DNA of 64,000 bases from contig NZ_JBLWXN010000001.1 in assembly GCF_048267425.1 (NCBI RefSeq), forward strand, positions 101,966-165,965, written 5' to 3'. Source of the stretch: Terasakiella sp. (GTDB taxonomy: Bacteria > Pseudomonadota > Alphaproteobacteria > Rhodospirillales > Terasakiellaceae). Below are positions 30,735 to 42,037 of this stretch, in pieces (positions within the stretch are counted from its first letter, which is position 1; each line of letters starts with the position of its first letter). The notes below the pieces were generated by a model, which saw only the letters and a program-made list of their open reading frames with translations, was not told the origin of the DNA and ran no database searches. The translations under genes were made by a program, and so were the position numbers.

Positions 30735-31442
30735 ATGTCAGATAACCCGGAACTTTATACCACACGTCTGCGCACGTTTGGTCGCCGCCAAGGCTACAAA
30801 CTGAAACCCCGTCAACAAGAACTGGTCGATACACTTCTACCGTCCTTACGCTTGAGTGCCCCGCAAGACGGTCACCAAATCGATCCAAACACTGTGTTTC
30901 AAAAACCCGTCAAGCAAGTCTGGTTTGAAATTGGCTTCGGCGGCGGGGAACATGCCGCCGCACAAATTGCCAATAATCCCGACGTCGGCATGATTGCCTG
31001 TGAACCCTTTATGAACGGTGTGGCCAGCCTTCTGGTCCATATTGACAATCAAAACTTACAGGAACGGGTTCGCATTCTGGATGATGATGCGCGTTCTTTA
31101 CTTGATAGCCTGCCAGATTCCAGTCTGGATCGAATGTTTCTGCTATTTCCTGATCCCTGGCGCAAAAAACGCCATGCCAAGCGACGTTTTATTGGTCACG
31201 AAAATTTGGAACTGGTTGCCCGTGTCCTCAAATCCGGTGGCGAATTCCGTGTTGCCAGCGATCATATGCCCTACATCGACTGGACACTGGAACATCTGTC
31301 AAATCACAGTGATTTCGAATGGATCTGCGACGGCCCGCGAGATTGGCGCATCCGCCCCAATGATTGGCCCCCAACCCGTTATGAACAAAAAGCGTTGAAA
31401 CAGGGTAAGCCCTGTATATACCTGAGGTTTAGACGTAAGTAG
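30735..31442 (+). CDS. trmB: tRNA (guanine-N7) methyltransferase
   Basis: FEIGFGGGEH, LFPDPWRKKRHAKRR, TRYEQKA; start ATG 30735. Confidence 0.95.
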   Translation: MSDNPELYTTRLRTFGRRQGYKLKPRQQELVDTLLPSLRLSAPQDGHQIDPNTVFQKPVKQVWFEIGFGGGEHAAAQIANNPDVGMIACEPFMNGVASLLVHIDNQNLQERVRILDDDARSLLDSLPDSSLDRMFLLFPDPWRKKRHAKRRFIGHENLELVARVLKSGGEFRVASDHMPYIDWTLEHLSNHSDFEWICDGPRDWRIRPNDWPPTRYEQKALKQGKPCIYLRFRRK

Positions 31443-31528
31443 ACAGATACTCAACTCTATGTTATTTTTCTTACCAACACTACGGCTAGGTACTTGCAAT
31501 AAATAACATATAAGAGTATGACGCTGCC

Positions 31529-32314
31529 ATGAAGCACTTACGCACACATTCAGGCCTTTTATCGCTCTTTGCGTTATTCATGCTCATGGCAGGCATGGCG
31601 CAAGCCCAAACAAAAGTTCGTGTTCTTGCGTACCCTTTCCCGCCTTTCTTTAATGAAGATAACCGAACAGGCTTAACAACCGATCTGATTGCCCTGCTCA
31701 ACAATCTTCAAACAGATTATCACTTTGAATTAAAGGTGACATCCCCGACCCGACGCTATCAACAGTTTGCCACAGCCCGTGCCGATATCATTTTCTTTGA
31801 AATGCCCACATGGGGCTGGCAGAAAACGGCACTGACCTTTGAGCAGACGCGAGAGATAATGAAAGGCGGTGAGAAATATGTGACCGCAAATCAGAAGGGC
31901 CGGGATCAAAGCTTTTTTGATGATTTAACATCAAAAAGCATCAGCGCTTATATTGGCTATCATTACGGGTTTGCCAACTTTAATGCCAACCAAGATTGGC
32001 TGAGACAAAACTTTCACATTGTTTTACATAACTCACATGAGCGCATATTGGATCTCACTCTCAAAAATAAAGTCGACATCGGTGTTGTAACGCTGTCTTA
32101 CTTAAAAAAATATTTCTACGCAAACCCGCAAAACCGTTCCAAACTCTTGATTTCAGACCATTTTGATCAACATTACAGCTTGCGCACACTGGTCCGCACA
32201 GGCGCACCCATCAATGTCTTGCAACTTGAACAGCTTTTGGATCAGCTTAAACAAAACAAACAACTGCGCGGATTGTTCATCGCCAATGGGTTGGAAGATC
32301 AATTAACCTACTAA
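31529..32314 (+). CDS. Orphan periplasmic substrate-binding protein
   Basis: Signal peptide; YPFPPF, SPTRRY, YIGYHYGFA; inserted between trmB and rimP. Confidence 0.78.
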   Translation: MKHLRTHSGLLSLFALFMLMAGMAQAQTKVRVLAYPFPPFFNEDNRTGLTTDLIALLNNLQTDYHFELKVTSPTRRYQQFATARADIIFFEMPTWGWQKTALTFEQTREIMKGGEKYVTANQKGRDQSFFDDLTSKSISAYIGYHYGFANFNANQDWLRQNFHIVLHNSHERILDLTLKNKVDIGVVTLSYLKKYFYANPQNRSKLLISDHFDQHYSLRTLVRTGAPINVLQLEQLLDQLKQNKQLRGLFIANGLEDQLTY

Positions 32315-32345
32315 CGTCCCTCTCCTACGCGCGTATTATTTTTCC

Positions 32346-32442
32346 TTGCATTTCAACAAAAGAAGCGTATAAAGAGGGCGAACTCAATACATAGCCACTT
32401 TAGTGGATTTGATTGAAGTGGGCCCAACGGTCCGCTTTTTTT
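32346..32442 (+). promoter_or_regulatory. rimP-nusA-infB promoter and leader terminator
   Basis: TTGCAT-16-TATAAA; hairpin aagtgggcc-caac-ggtccgctt plus U-tract (32416-32442). Confidence 0.7.
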
Positions 32443-32489
32443 GTTATCGGGACATAATTTTCAATCTGAAAGAAAGGGGTTTCTTGCAT

Positions 32490-32984
32490 ATGTCTTTAGC
32501 GCTTAAACGCATTGAAGAAATTATTGCGCCCACCCTGACGGATCTGGGATATGCGATTGTCCGCCTGCAAATGCAGGGTGAACGCCATCCGACATTACAG
32601 ATCATGGCAGAACGTCTGGACCGCAAGATTATGGACGTAGAAGATTGTGCCGCAATCAGCCGCGCGATTTCGCCGTTGCTGGATGTCGATGACCCGATTG
32701 AAGACGCCTATTCTCTGGAAGTGAGTTCACCTGGAGTAGATCGTCCGCTGGTGCGGGCAGAAGATTTTGAACGGTTTGCCGGTTTTGAAGCCAAGGTCGA
32801 AGTGGCCTATCTGATCGATGGCCGCAAACGTTTCACGGGCCGCCTTGTCGGCCTCGTGGATGGAAATGTACAAATTCTCGTGGACGGCGAAGCCCAAGAT
32901 CTTCCCTTCGAAGATATTGTCAAAGCCAAGCTTGTCCTCACCGACGACCTGCTGGCCGCAGCGTCTAAAGAACAAGGATTGTAA
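32490..32984 (+). CDS. rimP: Ribosome maturation factor RimP
   Basis: LQIMAER, CAAISRAIS..LDVDDPI..YSLEVSSPGVDRPL; start ATG 32490. Confidence 0.96.
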   Translation: MSLALKRIEEIIAPTLTDLGYAIVRLQMQGERHPTLQIMAERLDRKIMDVEDCAAISRAISPLLDVDDPIEDAYSLEVSSPGVDRPLVRAEDFERFAGFEAKVEVAYLIDGRKRFTGRLVGLVDGNVQILVDGEAQDLPFEDIVKAKLVLTDDLLAAASKEQGL

Positions 32985-32990
32985 GGAAAG

Positions 32991-34502
32991 ATGGAACAAT
33001 CTAGCGGAATGCCTCGCCCCGAATTGCTTCAAGTCGCAGACGTTGTAGCACGTGATAAAGGGATCGAACGCGACCAAGTTTTCGAAGCAATGGAACAGGC
33101 TATTCAAAAAGCCGGTCGTTCCAAGTACGGGCAAGAACATGATATTCGCGCCCACATCGACCGTAAAACAGGTGAGATCAAACTCGCCCGTTATATCGAA
33201 GTCGTTGCAGAAGTCGAAGACGAACACATGCAAATGACCGTCGATCAAGCCCGCACGCGCAAAGCAGATGCGGAACTGGGTGAGTTTCTGGTTGATCCGC
33301 TCCCTCCGATCGATTTTGGTCGTATCGCCGCACAAACTGCCAAACAGGTAATTGTGCAAAAAGTACGTGATGCAGAACGTGATCGTCAATTCGAAGAATA
33401 CCGCGACCGCATCGGCGAAGTTGTCAATGGTCTGGTTAAACGCGTTGAATTCGGTAACGTCATTGTCGATCTTGGCCGCACAGAAGCCCTGCTGCGCCGC
33501 GACGAATGTATCCCGCGTGAACATGTAAAGAACGGCGACCGTATTCGGGCTTACATCTTTGATGTGCGCCGCGAAAACCGCGGTCCGCAGATCTTCCTGT
33601 CACGCTCCCACCCGCAATTCATGGCAAAACTGTTCACACAGGAAGTGCCGGAAATCTACGATGGGATCATCGATATCAAAGCCGTGGCCCGCGATGCCGG
33701 TTCACGTGCAAAAATTGCTGTGCAATCCAGCGACCATTCTATCGACCCGGTCGGTGCCTGCGTCGGGATGCGTGGTTCACGTGTTCAAGCCGTTGTGTCT
33801 GAATTACAAGGCGAGAAAATCGACATCATCCAATGGTCTGCCGACCCGGCGACCTTTATCGTAAACGCCCTTGCCCCGGCTGAAGTCGCCAAAGTCGTTT
33901 TGGATGAAGAAACCAACCGCATCGAAGTCGTCGTTCCCGATGATCAGCTGTCACTGGCAATCGGTCGTCGTGGTCAGAACGTCCGTTTGGCGTCGCAATT
34001 GACGTCATGGGATATCGACATTCTGACAGAGGCTGATGAGTCTGAACGCCGTCAGGAAGAATTTAAGGCCCGCTCCGCTAACTTTATTGAAGCTCTTGAC
34101 GTTGATGATGTCATTGCACATCTGTTGGTCACAGAAGGTTTCTCTTCTATCGAGGAAGTGGCCTATGTCCCGCGTGCGGAACTGGCAGAAATCGAAGGCT
34201 TCGACATGGATGTTGCCGAAGAACTGCGCTCTCGTGCCCTGACTTATCTGGAAGAACAGGATAAAGTTCTGGATGCGCGCCGCAAAGAATTGGGTGTGTC
34301 TGACGATCTCGTTAATATTGAAGGCCTCTCTGCTGCAATGGTGGTTGCCCTTGGTGAAAATGACGTCAAGACCCTCGACGATCTCGCCGATCTCGCTGGT
34401 GATGAGCTGCGCGAATATGTCGGCGAAAAGAACCTGAGTGAATCGGCTGCCAATGAAATCATCATGGCGGCACGGGCACACTGGTTCGAAGATGAAGAAT
34501 AA
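32991..34502 (+). CDS. nusA: Transcription termination factor NusA
   Basis: FGRIAAQTAKQVI, S1 and KH domains, DPVGACVGMRGSRV, AR1/AR2 repeats. Confidence 0.98.
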   Translation: MEQSSGMPRPELLQVADVVARDKGIERDQVFEAMEQAIQKAGRSKYGQEHDIRAHIDRKTGEIKLARYIEVVAEVEDEHMQMTVDQARTRKADAELGEFLVDPLPPIDFGRIAAQTAKQVIVQKVRDAERDRQFEEYRDRIGEVVNGLVKRVEFGNVIVDLGRTEALLRRDECIPREHVKNGDRIRAYIFDVRRENRGPQIFLSRSHPQFMAKLFTQEVPEIYDGIIDIKAVARDAGSRAKIAVQSSDHSIDPVGACVGMRGSRVQAVVSELQGEKIDIIQWSADPATFIVNALAPAEVAKVVLDEETNRIEVVVPDDQLSLAIGRRGQNVRLASQLTSWDIDILTEADESERRQEEFKARSANFIEALDVDDVIAHLLVTEGFSSIEEVAYVPRAELAEIEGFDMDVAEELRSRALTYLEEQDKVLDARRKELGVSDDLVNIEGLSAAMVVALGENDVKTLDDLADLAGDELREYVGEKNLSESAANEIIMAARAHWFEDEE

Positions 34503-35067
34503 GGGGGACACCCCTGAACGTCGCTGCATCGTCAGCGGAGAAGTTCGACCTAAGGAAGAACTCATCCGCTGCGTTGTTTCCCCGGATGGCATTGTCGTGC
34601 CGGATGTGGATGCAAAATTGCCGGGACGCGGTTTATGGTTGAGTGCTGCGCGAGATGTGGTAAATACTGCATGTGCGAAAAACGCATTTTCACGTGCAGC
34701 ACGCCAAAACGTCAAGCCAATGGATGGTTTGGCGGACAGAATTGAAGCCTTGCTGGTGCAACGTTGCCTCTCACTCATTGGGATGATGCGACGCAACGGC
34801 ACGGTAATATACGGGTTTGAAAAAACCCGGAACTGGTTGAAAGACGGTAGAATCGCCGTCCTGTTGGCGGCCAAAAACGGCGCTGACGATGGCCGGGCAA
34901 AATTAAAAGCCCTTGCAGGCGACCGACCTTTGATCGACGTGTTCGATTCTGAAGAGTTGGGTCAGGCTGTTGGGCGGGACCATTTGGTCCATATGGGATT
35001 CGCTCCCGGTCCTTTGACCGAACGTTTCCAAGTGGAGGCTTTGCGCTTGCAAGGTTTTCGCGAGTAA
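34492..35067 (+). CDS. YlxR/DUF448 plus L7Ae-like RNA-binding protein
   Basis: PERRCIVSG, PGRGLW; conserved nusA-infB position; start ATG 34492 overlaps the nusA end. Confidence 0.88.
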   Translation: MKNKGDTPERRCIVSGEVRPKEELIRCVVSPDGIVVPDVDAKLPGRGLWLSAARDVVNTACAKNAFSRAARQNVKPMDGLADRIEALLVQRCLSLIGMMRRNGTVIYGFEKTRNWLKDGRIAVLLAAKNGADDGRAKLKALAGDRPLIDVFDSEELGQAVGRDHLVHMGFAPGPLTERFQVEALRLQGFRE

Positions 35068-35148
35068 CGCATGAAACTGAAAGAGGCATCTTGTTTTTGA
35101 TTGGCAAGAATACGATGCGAACGTACGAAAGACAGGCACAGCTCGGAT

Positions 35149-37692
35149 ATGACAGATAAAAAAGGCGACGACAGCAACAAGCTCAGCCTCAATCGACCCG
35201 GCAAACTTGAACTGAAGAAGACTGTAGACGCAGGATTGGTCAAACAGAGCTTCTCTCACGGACGCAGTAAGTCTGTGGCTGTCGAGGTTCGCAAGAAAAG
35301 AACGTTTGTTCAAGGCTCCAGCGGACGTATGTCCGAACTGCGCAAGGATCAGGCACAAGCACAAGAACAAGCGGAAAATGCATTCCATGCAGAACCCGAC
35401 TTTGATACGGCTGACAAGCATTTGACACAAGGCGAAATGGCCAAACGGGCCGAAGTGCTTCAAAATGCGAAGAAAGCGGAAGAAGAAGCCGCCCTCGCCG
35501 CATTGCAGGATGCTCAAGCCCGTGCCAAGCGCGAACAGGCTGACGCAGAACGCCGCGAACAGGAAAAAGCCGAAAAAGAAGCACGGGCCAAAAAGGACCG
35601 TGAAGAAAAAGAACGTGCGGAAGAAGCTGCAAAGAAAAAAGCAGAAGAAGACGCACGCCGTCTGGCCGAAGAAGCCGCTATCGCGGCACAACGCGCGGAA
35701 AAATCACCGACTGCTGTTGCGAAGCCGGAAAATAAAGCGGCTGTAAAACCGAAGAAAAAAGAGGTTAAGAAACCAGAAGTCGCCAAACGCGAAGGCGACC
35801 GCCGTCGCGGCAAAGGCAAACTGTCTGTGGACAGCTTCGGTGATGAACAACGTCAACGGTCTTTGGCTTCCGTCAAGCGCGCACGCCAAAAACAAAAGGC
35901 GAAAGCAAGCGGTCAAGACGCCGATAAATCCAAACAAGCACGCGAAGTCGTCTTGCCGGATCACATTACCGTTCAGGAATTGGCCAACCGTATGGCAGAA
36001 CGCGCCGCGGTTGTTGTCAAAACGTTGATGACAATGGGCACGATGGTCACCATCAACCAAACGATTGATGCCGATACGGCGCAAGTTGTCGTGGAAGAAC
36101 TGGGCCATACCGTGAAACGTGTTTCCGATGCCGATGTTGAAACAGATCTGACCGGGCCGGAAGATCAAGCTGACGATCTGCAACCCCGTGCACCGATTGT
36201 GACCGTAATGGGTCACGTTGACCACGGTAAAACATCCTTGCTGGATGCATTGCGTGAAACAGATGTCGTTGATAAAGAAGCCGGTGGCATTACACAGCAT
36301 ATCGGTGCTTATCAGGTGACAATGGCGAGTGGGGCGAAAATCTCCTTCGTCGATACCCCCGGTCACGAGGCCTTTACCGCCATGCGTGCACGTGGGGCGG
36401 AATTGACAGATATCGTCGTTCTTGTTGTCGCTGCCGATGACGGTGTTATGCCGCAAACTATCGAAGCGATCCGTCACGCCAAAGCGGCGAATGTGCCGAT
36501 TATCGTGGCAATTAACAAAATTGACAAACCGGGTGCTGACCCCAGCCGCGTTCGCCAGGAATTGCTGAACCACGAAATTCAAGTAGAGAGTTTCGGCGGG
36601 GATGTCATGGACGTGGAAGTTTCTGCCAAAAAACGCATCAACCTGGAAGGCCTGGAAGAAACCATTCTGCTGCAAGCGGAAATTCTGGAACTGAAAGCCA
36701 ACCCGGACCGCGCCGCAGAAGGTGTTGTTGTCGAAGCCAAACAGGAACGTGGTCGGGGTAACATCGCAACCGTCATGGTTCAACGCGGGACGATCAATAT
36801 CGGTGACATCTTTGTCGTCGGTAGCGAATGGGGCCGTGTCCGTGCCTTGGTTGATGATCACGGTCATCACGTGAAATCCGCAGGCCCGGCAACCCCGGTT
36901 GAGGTTCTCGGCCTGCAAGGCACACCGTCTGCCGGTGACCAAATGGTCGTGGTGGAAAGCGAAGCCAAAGCCCGCGAAGTGTCTGAATATCGGACCAACA
37001 AATCCAAGGCTGCCAAAGCAGCGGCTTCTGGGCGCGGAACACTGGAAGAATTGTTCAGCCAAATCGCTGCTGGCGAAGTCAAGGAACTGCCCGTCGTTAT
37101 CAAAGCTGACGTTCAAGGTTCCATCGAGGCTCTGCAAGGTACATTTGACAAGCTGACACGTGACGATGTGAAAGTTAAGGTCCTGCACGGTGCCGTCGGT
37201 GCGATCAACGAGTCAGATATCACACTGGCACGTGCATCCAACGCCCTGATCATCGGCTTTAACGTTCGTGCCAACCCGCAAGCCCGCGAACTGGCAAAAC
37301 GCGACGGTGTGGATATTCGTTATTATTCCATCATCTACGATGCAGCTGACGATGTGAAACGCATGATGACCGGTCTGCTTGACCCGGTTTATCAAGAGAA
37401 ATTCATCGGTTACGCGGAAATTCGCGAAACCTTCAATATCTCTCGCGTCGGTACGATTGCCGGCTGTATGGTCACCGAAGGCGTTGTCAAACGCGGTGCC
37501 AAGGTTCGCCTGCTGCGTGACAACGTTGTCGTCCACAACGGGGCGTTGGGCCAGCTCAAACGCTTTAAGGATGATGTAAAAGAGGTTAAATCCGGTTTCG
37601 AATGCGGTATGTCATTTGAAAATTACAACGACCTCAAAGTCGGCGATGTGATCGAATGCTTCGAAATGGAGCAAATCGAGCAAGAAATCTAA
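35149..37692 (+). CDS. infB: Translation initiation factor IF-2
   Basis: [24 protein letters not shown]; alphaproteobacterial N-terminus [11 protein letters not shown]; start ATG 35149. Confidence 0.98.
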   Translation: MTDKKGDDSNKLSLNRPGKLELKKTVDAGLVKQSFSHGRSKSVAVEVRKKRTFVQGSSGRMSELRKDQAQAQEQAENAFHAEPDFDTADKHLTQGEMAKRAEVLQNAKKAEEEAALAALQDAQARAKREQADAERREQEKAEKEARAKKDREEKERAEEAAKKKAEEDARRLAEEAAIAAQRAEKSPTAVAKPENKAAVKPKKKEVKKPEVAKREGDRRRGKGKLSVDSFGDEQRQRSLASVKRARQKQKAKASGQDADKSKQAREVVLPDHITVQELANRMAERAAVVVKTLMTMGTMVTINQTIDADTAQVVVEELGHTVKRVSDADVETDLTGPEDQADDLQPRAPIVTVMGHVDHGKTSLLDALRETDVVDKEAGGITQHIGAYQVTMASGAKISFVDTPGHEAFTAMRARGAELTDIVVLVVAADDGVMPQTIEAIRHAKAANVPIIVAINKIDKPGADPSRVRQELLNHEIQVESFGGDVMDVEVSAKKRINLEGLEETILLQAEILELKANPDRAAEGVVVEAKQERGRGNIATVMVQRGTINIGDIFVVGSEWGRVRALVDDHGHHVKSAGPATPVEVLGLQGTPSAGDQMVVVESEAKAREVSEYRTNKSKAAKAAASGRGTLEELFSQIAAGEVKELPVVIKADVQGSIEALQGTFDKLTRDDVKVKVLHGAVGAINESDITLARASNALIIGFNVRANPQARELAKRDGVDIRYYSIIYDAADDVKRMMTGLLDPVYQEKFIGYAEIRETFNISRVGTIAGCMVTEGVVKRGAKVRLLRDNVVVHNGALGQLKRFKDDVKEVKSGFECGMSFENYNDLKVGDVIECFEMEQIEQEI

Positions 37693-37701
37693 GAAACAAG
37701 C

Positions 37702-37727
37702 GCCCCTGCCTCTGCAGGGGCCTTTTT
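37702..37727 (+). terminator. Intrinsic terminator between infB and rbfA
   Basis: gcccctgc-ctct-gcaggggc-cttttt. Confidence 0.7.
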
Positions 37728-37782
37728 CCACCGATCCCCCGTATTGTTTTGCGGGTCACACAGTGTGGAGGACTATTCCATT

Positions 37783-38199
37783 ATGACAAGACGTTCCGGT
37801 AAAGCACCGACGCAACGCCAATTGCGCGTTGGCGAAGAAATCCGCCATGCATTGGCTGAAATTATCGCCCGTGCCGATTTTCGCGACCCTGATTTGATCG
37901 ACGCCTCCATTTCCGTTTCCGAAGTGCGCGTCAGCCCCGATCTGCGCAATGCCACTGTTTTTGTCTCTGATCTAGGCGGCGACAATACGGATGCGGTTGT
38001 CGATGGCTTAAATCGGGCCAGCGGTCATGTGCGCCACGAATATTCGCGCGTTTCAACCACCAAATATATCCCGAAATTTAATTTCAAGCGGGATGAATCC
38101 TTGGATGAAGCCTTGAAAATCAATCGCTTATTGCAGGATCCTAAAGTTCAAGCTGACCTTGCACATGACGATGATGAAGACGAAGAAGACCTATCATAA
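37783..38199 (+). CDS. rbfA: Ribosome-binding factor A
   Basis: RQLRVGEEIR, EVRVSPDLRNATVFV; SD ggagg before ATG 37783. Confidence 0.95.
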   Translation: MTRRSGKAPTQRQLRVGEEIRHALAEIIARADFRDPDLIDASISVSEVRVSPDLRNATVFVSDLGGDNTDAVVDGLNRASGHVRHEYSRVSTTKYIPKFNFKRDESLDEALKINRLLQDPKVQADLAHDDDEDEEDLS

Positions 38200-38224
38200 G
38201 CCACTTGCGGCTTAAGGGGATTTC

Positions 38225-39121
38225 ATGGGCAGAAAGAAAAAAGGTATTCCCATTCACGGTTGGTTGATTATCGACAAACCACTGGAAATATCATCCAACA
38301 ACGTTGTCGGCAAGGCGCGTTGGTTGACCAAAGCACAGAAAGTCGGCCACGGCGGCACGCTTGACCCCCTCGCCAGTGGTGTGTTGCCGCTGGCCTTTGG
38401 AGAAGCAACCAAGACCGTCTCCTTTGTGATGGATGGCACTAAAACCTATCGTTTTGAAGTCACATGGGGCGAAACCCGCACCACCGATGACGCAGAAGGT
38501 GAAATCAGCGCAACTTGTGAAAAACGTCCAAGCAAAGCTGCGATTGAAGCCATCCTGCCAACCTTTTTAGGGGCCATAGAGCAAATTCCCCCCAAATTCA
38601 GTGCTATCAAGATTAATGGTCAACGGGCTTATAAGCTTGCACGCGCCGATGAAGACATCGAAATGACCGCCCGCACCGTTCAAATTGATCGTCTGGAACT
38701 GATTGATATGCCGGATGCGAATCGGGCTGTTTTTGAAGTTGATTGCGGTAAAGGGACCTATGTACGTAGTCTGGGGCGCGATATCGCCGCAAAATTAGAC
38801 ACCCTTGGATATATATCTGTCTTGCGTCGCACAAAAGTCGGCCCATTCGACGAAAAAAGCGCGATTTCTCTGGATTTTTTAGAGGAGATTGTGCATAGTG
38901 ACGCGCTTTCTGAAAGCCTCCTTGCGATCGAAACCGTGCTGGACGACATCTCGGCATTGGCTTTGAGTGAGGAAGAAGCTCGGAAGATCCGTCAAGGCAT
39001 GCCCCTTCATCGGGACTTGGATAATACAGCAATCCTGCGGTTGATGTATGAAGACAAGCTTTTGGCCTTGGCAAAAATCGAGGATGGTTTTGTCCGTCCG
39101 TTCCGTGTCTTCAATTATTAA
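38225..39121 (+). CDS. truB: tRNA pseudouridine(55) synthase
   Basis: KVGHGGTLDPLASGVL, PPKFSAIKINGQRAY, CGKGTYVRSL. Confidence 0.97.
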   Translation: MGRKKKGIPIHGWLIIDKPLEISSNNVVGKARWLTKAQKVGHGGTLDPLASGVLPLAFGEATKTVSFVMDGTKTYRFEVTWGETRTTDDAEGEISATCEKRPSKAAIEAILPTFLGAIEQIPPKFSAIKINGQRAYKLARADEDIEMTARTVQIDRLELIDMPDANRAVFEVDCGKGTYVRSLGRDIAAKLDTLGYISVLRRTKVGPFDEKSAISLDFLEEIVHSDALSESLLAIETVLDDISALALSEEEARKIRQGMPLHRDLDNTAILRLMYEDKLLALAKIEDGFVRPFRVFNY

Positions 39122-39142
39122 CATTTACATATGGAGTATACG

Positions 39143-39412
39143 ATGTCGATTACTGCTGAAGAAAAAGCACAGGTTATCAAAGAATATGCAACTAAAGAAG
39201 GTGACACTGGTTCACCGGAAGTACAGGTTGCTATCCTTTCTAAGCGTATTGCAAACCTGACAGAGCACCTGAAGACTCATAAAAAAGACTTCCACTCTCG
39301 TCGCGGTCTGTTGCAAATGGTTGGTCAGCGTCGTCGTCTCTTGGACTATACCAAGAAAAAAGACGTTGCACGTTACCAAAGCATCATCGAACGCTTGGGT
39401 CTGCGTCGCTAA
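39143..39412 (+). CDS. rpsO: 30S ribosomal protein S15
   Basis: [28 protein letters not shown]; SD ggag before ATG 39143. Confidence 0.98.
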   Translation: MSITAEEKAQVIKEYATKEGDTGSPEVQVAILSKRIANLTEHLKTHKKDFHSRRGLLQMVGQRRRLLDYTKKKDVARYQSIIERLGLRR

Positions 39413-39430
39413 GACAAAGATTTGCAAAGA

Positions 39431-39460
39431 AAGGCGTAGCCAATGGGTTGCGCCTTTTTT
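39431..39460 (+). terminator. rpsO terminator
   Basis: aaggcgtagcc-aatg-ggttgcgcctt-tttt. Confidence 0.85.
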
Positions 39461-39660
39461 GCTTTCGACCAATATGTTCTTCTGACACCTCAGAAGTCTT
39501 TTCAATTGAAAAGATCGTTGTTTTCACAGCGAAACACATGTGGCAATGTCACACATTCGTCAAACCGCAATCGGTCGATGTGGTGTAGATTGGCGAAAAG
39601 GCTGAAGTTTGAGGGAGGGTCCCTTAACCAGCCCAAAATGTACGTATGTAAGGAAGATAT

Positions 39661-41874
39661 ATGTTTAAAGAATTCCGTAAAGAAATCGAATGGGGCGGTC
39701 GCCCGCTGGTATTCGAGACAGGTAAAATCGCACGTCAAGCTGACGGTGCTGTTTTGGTCACGTATGGCGAAACAAAAGTTTTGTGTACAGCCGTCGGCCA
39801 GAAACAGGCACGTACCGACATTGATTTCTTTCCGTTAACGGTCAACTATCAGGAAAAAGCTTTTGCTGCCGGTAAAATTCCGGGTGGCTTTTTCAAACGC
39901 GAAGGTCGCCCTTCTGAAAAAGAAACACTGACATCTCGCCTGATTGACCGTCCGATCCGCCCGCTGTTCGCACCGGGTTATAAAAACGAAACACAAGTTA
40001 TCTGTACGGTTCTTGCTCACGATCTGGAAAATGATCCTGATATCGTTGCCATGATCGGTGCCTCTGCGGCCCTGACCATTTCCGGTATGCCTTTCATGGG
40101 CCCCATCGGTGCGGCCCGCATTGGTTACATCGAAGGCGAATATGTGCTGAACCCAACTTTGGACGAGATGGAAGACTCCATCCTTGACCTCGCCCTTGCC
40201 GGTACAACTGACGGCGTGCTGATGGTTGAATCCGAAGCACAGGAACTGTCTGAAGAAATTATGCTGGGTGCCGTTGATTTCGGTCACGCCGCTTTCCAAG
40301 ATGTGATCAATGCCATCATTGATCTGGCCGAAGTTTGCGCGAAAGAGCCTTGGGCACTGCCGGAAGCCCCGGCGTATTTGGAAGATGTAAAAGCAAAAGC
40401 AGCAGAATTGGCTGAAGCCGACCTGCGTGCCGCTTACAAAATCCAAAACAAACAAGAACGCGTTGCTGCTGTTTCTGCAGCAAAAGAAAAAGTCACCTCA
40501 TTCTACGCCGATGCAGTTGAAGCAGGCGAGATTTCAAGTGTCGTTCTTGGCGGTGCGATGAAAAATCTTGAAAAAGACATCGTTCGCCGTGACATCATCG
40601 CAACCCAGTCCCGTATTGACGGACGCGACACGAAAACCGTTCGTTCCATCGTGGCTGAAGTTGGTTTGTTGCCACGTGCACACGGTTCTGCCCTGTTCAC
40701 CCGTGGTGAAACGCAGGCAATGGCCGTTTGTACATTGGGAACGGGTCAGGATGAACAGATCGTCGACCAACTGGCTGGCGAATATCGTGAAAACTTCATG
40801 CTGCACTATAACTTCCCGCCGTACTCTGTCGGTGAAGCTTCCTTCCTGAAATCACCGGGTCGTCGTGAAATCGGTCACGGGAAACTAGCATGGCGCGCTA
40901 TTCGCCCGCTGATGCCGTCCAAGGAAGAATTCCCTTACACGGTTCGTGTGGTATCTGAAGTGACAGAATCAAACGGTTCGTCTTCTATGGCGACGGTTTG
41001 TGGCACATCCTTGTCCCTGATGGATGCCGGTGTTCCGCTGGCACGTCCGGTTGCGGGTATCGCAATGGGCCTGATCAAAGAAGACGACGGCTTTGCCGTT
41101 CTGTCCGATATTCTGGGTGATGAAGATCACCTCGGCGACATGGACTTTAAAGTTGCCGGTACAGAAGAAGGCATCACGTCTTTGCAGATGGATATCAAAA
41201 TCACATCCATCACCAAAGAGATCATGGAAATCGCATTGGGTCAGGCCAAAGACGGTCGCGTTCACATTCTGAATGAAATGGCACAAGCTATTACATCTGG
41301 TCGTGACGAAATCTCGTCCAATGCGCCGAAGATTACCCAGTTCCAGATCAACAAAGACAAGATCCGTGAAGTTATCGGTACAGGCGGTAAAGTGATCCGC
41401 GAAATTACCGAAGTCACCGGTGCAAAAATCGATATCGAAGACGACGGTACGATCCGCGTCGCCGCTGTTGACGGTGAGTCCGGTCAAAAAGCAATTGACT
41501 GGATCCAAGGCATTGTGGCGGAACCGGAACTTAACAAAATTTACCGTGGTAAAGTTGTTAAGGTCATGGATTTCGGCGCATTCGTCAACTACATGGGCAC
41601 ACGCGACGGTCTGGTTCATATCTCTGAACTGAAAAACGAACGTGTTGCACAAGTTTCCGACGTTCTCAGCGAAGGTGATGAAGTTTGGGCCAAGCTGATC
41701 GGGATTGATGACCGTGGCAAAGTCAAACTGTCCATGCGTGTTGTGAATCAGGAAACAGGCGAAGACATCTCCGACGAAGTGGGCGCAAAACGCCCGCGTG
41801 CAGAAGGCGATGGCGAACAGTCTGACAAGTCCGACAAACCGCGCGGTCGTCGTCCGCGTAGAAAAGCGGACTAA
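39661..41874 (+). CDS. pnp: Polyribonucleotide nucleotidyltransferase
   Basis: [44 protein letters not shown] and S1 domains. Confidence 0.98.
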   Translation: MFKEFRKEIEWGGRPLVFETGKIARQADGAVLVTYGETKVLCTAVGQKQARTDIDFFPLTVNYQEKAFAAGKIPGGFFKREGRPSEKETLTSRLIDRPIRPLFAPGYKNETQVICTVLAHDLENDPDIVAMIGASAALTISGMPFMGPIGAARIGYIEGEYVLNPTLDEMEDSILDLALAGTTDGVLMVESEAQELSEEIMLGAVDFGHAAFQDVINAIIDLAEVCAKEPWALPEAPAYLEDVKAKAAELAEADLRAAYKIQNKQERVAAVSAAKEKVTSFYADAVEAGEISSVVLGGAMKNLEKDIVRRDIIATQSRIDGRDTKTVRSIVAEVGLLPRAHGSALFTRGETQAMAVCTLGTGQDEQIVDQLAGEYRENFMLHYNFPPYSVGEASFLKSPGRREIGHGKLAWRAIRPLMPSKEEFPYTVRVVSEVTESNGSSSMATVCGTSLSLMDAGVPLARPVAGIAMGLIKEDDGFAVLSDILGDEDHLGDMDFKVAGTEEGITSLQMDIKITSITKEIMEIALGQAKDGRVHILNEMAQAITSGRDEISSNAPKITQFQINKDKIREVIGTGGKVIREITEVTGAKIDIEDDGTIRVAAVDGESGQKAIDWIQGIVAEPELNKIYRGKVVKVMDFGAFVNYMGTRDGLVHISELKNERVAQVSDVLSEGDEVWAKLIGIDDRGKVKLSMRVVNQETGEDISDEVGAKRPRAEGDGEQSDKSDKPRGRRPRRKAD

Positions 41875-41899
41875 GTCCTCACTGTTAAGTGACTGACAC

Positions 41900-41940
41900 A
41901 AAAGCCCCTTGGTAACGTTCGTTCCAAGGGGCTTTTTTTT
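41900..41940 (+). terminator. pnp terminator
   Basis: aaaagccccttgg...ccaaggggctttttttt. Confidence 0.9.
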
Positions 41941-42037
41941 AGAAAAAGGTCGTAGCTGTTTAATCCCTTATCTGGTTTCCACATAAAATCCTCCCAACCC
42001 TTTCATAAACCTCTCACACACCATAGAGAGGTTTACA

